A stretch of 64,000 nucleotides of DNA from a virus: positions 64,001 to 128,000 of IMG/VR virus record IMGVR_UViG_3300020183_000013. The stretch is one strand, 5' to 3'. Shown in pieces: positions 57,021-64,000 of the stretch. Under the pieces are notes generated by a model that did no database searches, was not told the DNA's origin, and worked only from the letters and a program-made list of their open reading frames with translations. Positions within the stretch are counted from its first letter, which is position 1. The number at the start of each line of letters is the position of its first letter. A program made the translations under genes and the position numbers.

Positions 57021-57581
57021 ATGTCTGGTACTTACGGCGGCAATCAAATAGGTAATAGAAACTTTTTATCCACAGTTGGATTTAAGTTTACTTTAAACAG
57101 AGCACCAAAAGTTGCTTTTTTAACTAATACTGCAAATATTCCAGGTTTGACTTTGGGAGTTGCAACACGACCAAACTATTTGAATGACATTCCAGTTCCC
57201 GGTGATAAAATTCAATTTGATGATTTTTCATTAAGATTTTTGGTTGATGAAAATCTTGAAAATTATATGGAAATTCAAAATTGGATCAGAGGTCTTGGAT
57301 TCCCAGAGAGCCTCCAACAGATCTATGATTGGCAAAATACTAATGACAAATTTGAACAACCATATAAGTCAGATATGAACTTATATTCCGATGGAACCTT
57401 GATTGCTTTAAACAGCACACAAAACTTCAACTTTAAGGTTGTGTTTAAATCAATGTTTCCATATATGATGTCTCCACTGGAATTTGATGCCACTAATACT
57501 GATAATCAGTATTTTACAGCAGATGTAACATTTAAGTATATGGTGTATAATATAGTAGATGCAAACGGAAATAATTTATGA
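57021..57581 (+). CDS. gp3: Tail tube terminator/completion protein gp3
   Basis: NRNFLS..GFKF, PGDK..F..F...FLVDENLENY.EI.NW. Confidence 0.85.
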   Translation: MSGTYGGNQIGNRNFLSTVGFKFTLNRAPKVAFLTNTANIPGLTLGVATRPNYLNDIPVPGDKIQFDDFSLRFLVDENLENYMEIQNWIRGLGFPESLQQIYDWQNTNDKFEQPYKSDMNLYSDGTLIALNSTQNFNFKVVFKSMFPYMMSPLEFDATNTDNQYFTADVTFKYMVYNIVDANGNNL

Positions 57582-58015
57582 ATATTGATTTGGATACTAT
57601 CCAAAAAATGTGGGAAAAAGATTCCAAAATAGATATAGATAATTTGCATACAGAATCTTTGAATATTCCAATCTTACACTCAAAATACTATGAGTTGTAT
57701 AATAATATTCTTCTTTTGAGAAAAAGAGCCGAACAACAAAAAAGAAATGTACGACACGAAAGATATGAATATTATTCGGGAAAGGCAGATCCAGAAGTAT
57801 ATCAAGAAGATCCATTTCCCAAAAAAATCAGAGACAAAGATACTCTTCAAAAATATCTAGATGCTGATAATAAACTTTCTCAAATATCTTTAAAGGTTGA
57901 ATATTATGATGTAATGCTTTCGTATATTGAAAGTATTTTAAAGATGATTGCTAATCGAACTTATCAAGTTAAAAATGCAATCGAGTATATGAGATTTCAG
58001 TCTGGTCTAGGGTAA
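57578..58015 (+). CDS. uvsY: Recombination mediator UvsY
   Basis: W.KDS.ID...L..ESL.IP.LHSKY, R.YQ.KNAIE..RF..G. Confidence 0.9.
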   Translation: MNIDLDTIQKMWEKDSKIDIDNLHTESLNIPILHSKYYELYNNILLLRKRAEQQKRNVRHERYEYYSGKADPEVYQEDPFPKKIRDKDTLQKYLDADNKLSQISLKVEYYDVMLSYIESILKMIANRTYQVKNAIEYMRFQSGLG

Positions 58016-58044
58016 ATAAATACTCATAGCAATTATTATTGTTT

Positions 58045-59508
58045 ATGAGTGACGTAACAATTCATAAGAAAAATGAGGTTTACATCAAGTTAGAATGTGA
58101 ACCTCATATTTTATATGAACTTCAACAGTATTTTACATTTGAAGTTCCAGGTTCTAAGTTTATGTCCCAATATCGCAACAAACATTGGGATGGACAAATA
58201 AAATTGCTATCGGTTCATACGGGAGAAATCTATGCTGGTCTCCTTGATAAAGTCGTTTCAAAGTTAAAAATACACGGATATAATTATCAGTTTAAAGATA
58301 ATAAGTATTACGGCCTTCCATTTGAAGTTAATGAAGAAATATCATTTGAAGGCGTAAAAGATTATATGTCTTCTATTTGCACTCACTCTCCTCGGCAGTA
58401 TCAAATAGAGGGAGTACACGATGCTCTAAAACATAATAGAAAACTATTGATAAGTCCCACTGCATCAGGCAAAAGTCTGATGATTTATTCGCTCGTAAGG
58501 TATTACGTTGATAAGCAGAAAAAAATACTTTTAGTTGTTCCAACGACATCTCTTGTAGAACAAATGTATAAGGACTTTTGTGATTACGGATGGGATGCTG
58601 ATTCATATTGCTATAAAATATATGGAGGAAGAGAAAGAAACAACACTCACCCCGTAACTATTACTACTTGGCAATCTATCTATACTCAAGACAAGTCATT
58701 TTTTGAAGACTATGAAGTAATTATTGGTGATGAAGCGCACCTTTTTAAAAGTAAGTCTTTGATATCAATTATGACTAAGCTTCATCACGCAAAATATCGT
58801 TTTGGATTTACAGGTACATTAGATGGAACTCAGACTCATAAATGGGTTCTTGAAGGAGTATTTGGACCATCATATAAAGTTACAAGAACTGCAGAATTGA
58901 TGGAACAAGGCCACGTATCTAAATTAAACATACGTTGTTTAGTCTTAAAGCACAAACCTCAAAAGTTTGAAACGTTTGAAGATGAAGTTCAATTCATTAT
59001 AGGAAATGAAAAAAGGAACAAGTTTATAAAAAATCTTGTATTAGATCTAAAAGGAAATACTTTAGTTCTTTTTTCTAGGATCGAAGCTCACGGTCGACCT
59101 TTATATGAATTAATAAATAACAGTGTTGGTGAAAATAGAAAAGTATTTTTTGTTCACGGTGGTGTAGCTACAGTTGAGAGAGAAGAAATTAGAGAAATTA
59201 CTGAACGTGAAACGGATGCAATTATCGTTGCTTCATACGGAGTATTTTCGACAGGAATCAACATTCGAAATTTACATAATGTCGTTTTTGCTTCTCCAAG
59301 CAAATCTAGAATACGTAATTTACAGTCAATTGGAAGAGTCCTAAGAAAAGGAAAAGATAAGAGTAAAGCAATGTTGTATGATATATCTGATGATTGTACT
59401 TATAACTCAAGAAAAAATTATACACTTAATCACTTCATAGAAAGAATTAAAATTTATAATGAAGAGCAATTCAATTATGAAATAATCACTGTAAATTTAA
59501 AAGTATGA
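58045..59508 (+). CDS. uvsW: SF2 helicase UvsW
   Basis: SPTASGKS, DEAH, TGT, STGINI, QSIGR.LR. Confidence 0.96.
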   Translation: MSDVTIHKKNEVYIKLECEPHILYELQQYFTFEVPGSKFMSQYRNKHWDGQIKLLSVHTGEIYAGLLDKVVSKLKIHGYNYQFKDNKYYGLPFEVNEEISFEGVKDYMSSICTHSPRQYQIEGVHDALKHNRKLLISPTASGKSLMIYSLVRYYVDKQKKILLVVPTTSLVEQMYKDFCDYGWDADSYCYKIYGGRERNNTHPVTITTWQSIYTQDKSFFEDYEVIIGDEAHLFKSKSLISIMTKLHHAKYRFGFTGTLDGTQTHKWVLEGVFGPSYKVTRTAELMEQGHVSKLNIRCLVLKHKPQKFETFEDEVQFIIGNEKRNKFIKNLVLDLKGNTLVLFSRIEAHGRPLYELINNSVGENRKVFFVHGGVATVEREEIREITERETDAIIVASYGVFSTGINIRNLHNVVFASPSKSRIRNLQSIGRVLRKGKDKSKAMLYDISDDCTYNSRKNYTLNHFIERIKIYNEEQFNYEIITVNLKV

Positions 59509-59900
59509 TTGAAGAAGAATTTTATGCAACAATCAAATTAAAAACAGGTGAAGAAATCTTCTGCAAAGCAATGCCAACAGAAGAAGAGAATGAACTTTTA
59601 TTGCTTGTAGTGAATCCTGTTATTATTGGTGAAATTAAGAATCGTTCTGGAGATATTATGGGATATAAAATAGAACCTTGGTTAAAGACCACTACAGAAG
59701 ATCTTTTTATAGTTAATATGAACGATGTTTTAACAATGGCAGAATCAAATGATGTTGAAATGATCTCAGTTTATCAGTCATTTGTTCGTAAGAACAGTAA
59801 CGTTAAACATAATAAACCAACTTTATCTCGTAAGATGGGATATCTTGCAAACGTTAATGATGCTAAAGATCTCTTAGAAAAGATCTTTAAAAATAGCTAA
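59505..59900 (+). CDS. Conserved hypothetical protein between uvsW and gp55
   Basis: IKLKTGEEIF Sm-like start; MGY...V.DA...LEKIF C-terminus. Confidence 0.75.
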   Translation: MIEEEFYATIKLKTGEEIFCKAMPTEEENELLLLVVNPVIIGEIKNRSGDIMGYKIEPWLKTTTEDLFIVNMNDVLTMAESNDVEMISVYQSFVRKNSNVKHNKPTLSRKMGYLANVNDAKDLLEKIFKNS

Positions 59901-59928
59901 GGCCTATCCTTCAAACCTGACAAGGCAG

Positions 59929-59958
59929 ATTATAACAATAATTACAGGGCTATGTCAA
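59929..59958 (-). promoter_or_regulatory. Antisense sigma70 promoter
   Basis: Minus strand TTGACA-18-TATAAT with extended TG. Confidence 0.55.
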
Positions 59959-59962
59959 GTAC

Positions 59963-59991
59963 TTGTAGTTTGAAAATTAAAATGGTATAAT
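59963..59991 (+). promoter_or_regulatory. Sigma70-type promoter for gp55
   Basis: TTGTAG-17-TATAAT with extended TG. Confidence 0.65.
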
Positions 59992-60017
59992 CTATACATA
60001 ATAAATTAGGTATTCTT

Positions 60018-60515
60018 ATGATAACTACAACGGTAATGACAAAAAGAAGAAGGTCAGAACATTACGTCAATAACAAAGAGTTTCTTGCAGCACTGATTGA
60101 GTATAAAAAGAACGTTGCTCTTGCAGTTGAAAAGGGAGAACCAAAACCAAGAATTACAAATTATCTTGGTGAGTGTTTTCTTAAGATCGCAACTCACTTA
60201 TCTTATAAGACCAATTTCATCAATTATATTTTTATTGATGATATGATTTCTGACGGTATTGAAAACTGTGTCCAGTACATTCACAATTTCAATCCTGAGA
60301 AGTCCCAGAATCCTTTTGCATACTTTACTCAAATCATTCACTACGCTTTCCTTCGCCGCATTCAAAGAGAAAAACGTCAATTAGAAATTAAAAATAAAAT
60401 TCTAGAGAGAACTGGGTTTGATGAGGTTTTTGTTGATGACAATACTATTGACGGTGGCAACTATTCAGACTATAATTCTATTAAGGAGAATGTCCACATC
60501 AAGCTTCGTTATTGA
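60018..60515 (+). CDS. gp55: Late-transcription sigma factor gp55
   Basis: HYVNNKEF, DMISDGIENC, NPFAYFTQI..YAFLRRI..EK. Confidence 0.96.
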   Translation: MITTTVMTKRRRSEHYVNNKEFLAALIEYKKNVALAVEKGEPKPRITNYLGECFLKIATHLSYKTNFINYIFIDDMISDGIENCVQYIHNFNPEKSQNPFAYFTQIIHYAFLRRIQREKRQLEIKNKILERTGFDEVFVDDNTIDGGNYSDYNSIKENVHIKLRY

Positions 60516-61556
60516 ATGAAAGTTGCAATTATTACTGACCAACACTTTGGTGCCAGAAAAAATTCTAAACTTTTTCACGATTATTTTTTGAAATTCTACA
60601 ATGACATTTTTTTCCCGACGCTGGAACAGTACGGGATTACAACTGTCATTGATATGGGTGATACATTTGATAGTCGTAAAGGAATTGATTTTTCAGCACT
60701 TTCTTGGGCAAAGAATAATTATTACGACCGTTTGAAAGAGCTTGGTTGTAATGTTATTACTGTTGTAGGAAATCATACCGCATATTATAAGAATACCAAT
60801 CAAATTAATGCTGTTGATTTGCTTCTACGTGAATACAATAACGTAAAAGTTATTTCTGATCCAGAAGAAGTTGTTGTTGGTAATACAAAGATTCTTTTTC
60901 TTCCTTGGATTAACTCTGAGAATGAAGAAAAGTCTTTCAAGATGATTAAAAATACCAAAGCAAAAGTTGCAATGGGCCATCTTGAACTCTCTGGGTTTTC
61001 TCCATATCCAGGTCTAGTTATGGAACACGGAATGGAGGGTAATGTTTTTGATAAATTTGATAGAGTTTTTTCTGGACATTATCACACTCGTTCTAATAAT
61101 GGAAAAATTTTCTATCTAGGAAATCCTTATGAAATTTATTGGAATGATGTAAATGATAAGCGAGGATTTACTATTTTTGACACCGAAACGTTAGAACACA
61201 CTCCAGTAGACAATCCATATCAAATGTTTCATATCATTTATTATAATGATACTCCATATCAAACATTTGATACTAGACAATACAAAGAAAAAATTGTAAA
61301 GATTGTAGTAAGAAAAAAATCAGATATTAAAGATTTTGAAAAATTCATTGATAAACTGTATTCTGAAAATATTGCAGAACTCAAAATCGTAGAAAATTTT
61401 CAAATTGAAGATCTAGAAAACTTTGAGGTGTTTGAGTCTGAAAATACATTATCTATTTTGAATAGATATATTCAGGATGCAGAAATTGATATGGATAAAT
61501 CCATCGTTCAAAAAATGATTAGCGATATTTACCAGGAAGCTTGCGAAATGGTATAG
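60516..61556 (+). CDS. gp47: Recombination endonuclease gp47 (Mre11/SbcD-like)
   Basis: TDQHFG, GD.FD, GNH, SGHYH metallophosphoesterase motifs. Confidence 0.95.
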   Translation: MKVAIITDQHFGARKNSKLFHDYFLKFYNDIFFPTLEQYGITTVIDMGDTFDSRKGIDFSALSWAKNNYYDRLKELGCNVITVVGNHTAYYKNTNQINAVDLLLREYNNVKVISDPEEVVVGNTKILFLPWINSENEEKSFKMIKNTKAKVAMGHLELSGFSPYPGLVMEHGMEGNVFDKFDRVFSGHYHTRSNNGKIFYLGNPYEIYWNDVNDKRGFTIFDTETLEHTPVDNPYQMFHIIYYNDTPYQTFDTRQYKEKIVKIVVRKKSDIKDFEKFIDKLYSENIAELKIVENFQIEDLENFEVFESENTLSILNRYIQDAEIDMDKSIVQKMISDIYQEACEMV

Positions 61557-61558
61557 TA

Positions 61559-61837
61559 ATGTATATAATCACATTAGATGGTAGGGAAGAGGAAGGTGCT
61601 TATTCCGTAAAAAACGAAGATGGAGAACAAGTTCTCTATATTTGGGAACACGAGGATGATGCAACAAGATTTGCTATGATGCTTGAAGACCGAGACTATC
61701 CTGATATGAATGTGATGGAAATTGATGACGAACTAATAATCAAAGCTTGCGAACTTCACGATTATCAATATATTGTCTTTACACCTGACGATATTGTAAT
61801 TCCACCTGATCAAAATATTAAAAATGATTTTATTTGA
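61559..61837 (+). CDS. DUF3110-like protein
   Basis: EGAYSV...E.EDDATRFAMMLE...IVIPP. Confidence 0.7.
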   Translation: MYIITLDGREEEGAYSVKNEDGEQVLYIWEHEDDATRFAMMLEDRDYPDMNVMEIDDELIIKACELHDYQYIVFTPDDIVIPPDQNIKNDFI

Positions 61838-63536
61838 AAAAATTCGTTGGAAAAACTTCCTTTCAACAGGAAATCAATTTTCGGAAGTTGACTTTCAAAA
61901 GTCAGCAACAACATTAATTATTGGTACGAATGGCGCAGGAAAGAGTACTGTTCTTGATGCCATGACTTTTGTGTTGTTTGGCAAATCATTTCGTGGAATT
62001 AACAAACCTCAACTTATCAACTCTACAAATGATAAAGATTGTTTGGTTGAAATTGAGTTCACTGTAGGAAAAACTTCCTTTAAAGTTCGTCGTGGAATCA
62101 AACCAAGTATTTTTGAAATTTATAGAAACGATTCCCTCATTGATCAAAGCTCTTCTGTAGTTGATCAACAGAAGTGGTTTGAACAAACAATACTAAAAAT
62201 GAATTATAAATCTTTCACTCAGATTGTGATTCTAGGTAGTAGTAATTTTGTTCCATTTATGCAACTATCTCCTTCTCATAGAAGAGAGGTAATTGAGGAT
62301 CTCTTGGATATTAAGATATTCTCTTCTATGAATAATATCATTAAAGATAAGTTAAGATCTCTTAAAGAAAATATCAGGACTCTTGAACTTAAAAAGGAGT
62401 CTCTGGACGATAAAGTTAAAATGCAAAAAAACTTTATTGAAGAACTTGAAAATAGAGGAAAGGAAAATATTAAAAAAAGTCAAAGTATAATTTCTTCTCT
62501 AGATGTAGAAATTGAAACCTTTATGAAAGAGAATGCTCTACTTGAAGAGGATATTTTTGTAAAGCAAAAAAATCTTGAAGATTATGTTGGGTCTTCGGAT
62601 AAACTCAGTAAGCTTAATAATCTTAAGGGTAAGATATCACAAAAAGTATCTACGATAGTAAAAGAGCACAAGTTCTTTAGTGGCAATACGGTATGCCCCA
62701 CTTGCACACAATCAATCGATGAGTCCTTTAGACTAAATAAAATTGCAGACGCTCAAAATAAGACTAATGAGTTGCAATCTGGTTACAAAGAACTAGAGGA
62801 GGCAATTAAAGAGGAAGAGGATCGTGAGCGTCAATTTACAATTCTCTCGAAAGAGGTTACAAACCTAACGTATGGCATTTCTCAAAACAATATTAAGATC
62901 TCTGGATGTCAACGACAAATCAGAAATCTTGAATCGGAAATTCAAAGAATTACCGAACAACTTGAAAATCGAAATACTGAACATGAAAAGTTAGAGTTGT
63001 TTAAGAAAGAACTTCAATCTACATTTGATGATCTTTCTACTCAAAAAGAAACAATTAAATATTACGATTTTTCATACAGTCTTCTAAAAGACGGTGGTGT
63101 AAAAACTAAAATCATTAAAAAGTATCTGCCATTAATTAATCAGCAGGTGAACAGATACCTACAAATGATGGACTTTTACATCAATTTTACTCTAGACGAA
63201 GAGTTTAACGAAACAATTCAGTCACCAATTCACGAAGATTTTTCATATAGTTCATTTAGTGAAGGTGAGAAATCTCGTATCAATCTTTCATTGACATTTG
63301 CTTGGAGAGAAGTTGCCAAACTCAAAAATTCAGCCAATGTCAATGTGATTTTCTTTGATGAAGTATTTGATTCATCACTCGATGGATTTGGAACTGACGA
63401 CTTTCTAAAAATTATTAGATATGTCATTAAAGATACTAATGTATTCGTGATCTCTCATAAGAATGGTTTAGAGGACAAATTTGAAAGTGTCATAAAGTTT
63501 GAGAAGGTTAAAGGTTTTTCTCGTATGGTGGCCTGA
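61824..63536 (+). CDS. gp46: Recombination ATPase gp46 (Rad50/SbcC-like)
   Basis: GTNGAGKS, CPTC zinc hook, FSEGEK signature, FFDEVFD. Confidence 0.96.
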   Translation: MILFEKIRWKNFLSTGNQFSEVDFQKSATTLIIGTNGAGKSTVLDAMTFVLFGKSFRGINKPQLINSTNDKDCLVEIEFTVGKTSFKVRRGIKPSIFEIYRNDSLIDQSSSVVDQQKWFEQTILKMNYKSFTQIVILGSSNFVPFMQLSPSHRREVIEDLLDIKIFSSMNNIIKDKLRSLKENIRTLELKKESLDDKVKMQKNFIEELENRGKENIKKSQSIISSLDVEIETFMKENALLEEDIFVKQKNLEDYVGSSDKLSKLNNLKGKISQKVSTIVKEHKFFSGNTVCPTCTQSIDESFRLNKIADAQNKTNELQSGYKELEEAIKEEEDRERQFTILSKEVTNLTYGISQNNIKISGCQRQIRNLESEIQRITEQLENRNTEHEKLELFKKELQSTFDDLSTQKETIKYYDFSYSLLKDGGVKTKIIKKYLPLINQQVNRYLQMMDFYINFTLDEEFNETIQSPIHEDFSYSSFSEGEKSRINLSLTFAWREVAKLKNSANVNVIFFDEVFDSSLDGFGTDDFLKIIRYVIKDTNVFVISHKNGLEDKFESVIKFEKVKGFSRMVA

Positions 63537-63550
63537 ACCACCTAAGAACA

Positions 63551-63772
63551 ATGCAAGTCCCAAACTGGAAGCACCATTCTAAAAAAGAACAAAAACGAAA
63601 ATTAAAACCGCAAGCACTGAGGCAAGCAAAAGCAAGACTAGCCCAGTTCAAAAAGCGTCATATGGGTCGTCCAAAGGGCGACCTTTCGTTTTATGATGGT
63701 CTCATACGAAACGAATCAAATGTCTGTTCGCCACGAAATCAAATCTCAACTTGCGAAACTTCTTGCCACTGA
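63551..63772 (+). CDS. Small basic hypothetical protein
   Basis: NWKHHSKKEQKRKLKPQALRQAKARL. Confidence 0.6.
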   Translation: MQVPNWKHHSKKEQKRKLKPQALRQAKARLAQFKKRHMGRPKGDLSFYDGLIRNESNVCSPRNQISTCETSCH

Positions 63773-64000
63773 AGATTTGGTGGTGGAACATAAGAAAGTT
63801 TCTACTGCTTGTTTTAATGTTCATACTCGTGTGTTGACTCTTCCCCTTTGGGAGAAAGCAAGTAACCTTGTCTATGATCTTCTTGTGGGGCACGAAGTTG
63901 GCCACGCTCTCTTTACTCCTGATGAAGACTGGATTCAAAAACATAAGATTCCTCCTCAATTTGTGAATGTGGTTGAGGATGCTCGCATCGAGAAACTGAT
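63720..64000 (+). CDS. HEXXH metallopeptidase/CobT-like protein (3' truncated by the window edge)
   Basis: Read manually: MSVRHEIKSQLAKLLATEDLVVEH...HEVGHALFT...NVVEDARIEK. Confidence 0.85.
   Translation, partial: MSVRHEIKSQLAKLLATEDLVVEHKKVSTACFNVHTRVLTLPLWEKASNLVYDLLVGHEVGHALFTPDEDWIQKHKIPPQFVNVVEDARIEKL

Noticed and set aside
46441-63536. Introns, inteins or stop-codon recoding in core genes
   Set aside because: gp17, gp20, gp23, uvsW, gp46 and gp47 are uninterrupted, of normal length, and read in the standard code
1-64000. tRNA or rRNA genes
   Set aside because: No cloverleaf with a T-loop GTTCRA in a suitable context was seen by eye in the intergenic gaps; tRNAscan-SE would be needed to exclude them fully

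Overview
A 64 kb segment of a T4-like myovirus, most consistent with a cyanophage (Kyanoviridae-type gene order, cyanobacteria-like small genes). Almost all genes are on the + strand. Bases 1-14.6 kb form an accessory/early region of about 50 small ORFs. It includes ArdA-like, PvuII-like nuclease, ligase-fold, NblA-like, HTH and antitoxin-like candidates. Many of its genes are arranged as cassettes behind a repeated TGTGMCA-N10-TGKCACA palindrome plus a -10 box. A non-coding iteron-like array with divergent promoters and a Fur-box-like palindrome interrupts it at 8.0-8.67 kb, and it ends in a GC-rich block and a large hairpin at about 14.1 kb. Bases 14.6-64 kb hold the conserved core: glycosyltransferase, gp25, gp6, gp7, gp8, a VrlC/DUF4815-like protein, gp13-gp23, gp3, uvsY, uvsW, gp55, gp47, gp46 and the start of a HEXXH peptidase. 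Most notable are the palindrome-delimited cassette system, the origin-like locus, an orphan PvuII-fold nuclease, near-absence of CATG from core genes, and a probable protease-processed polyprotein between gp16 and gp17. Family assignments come from motif recognition and synteny; no database searches were run.
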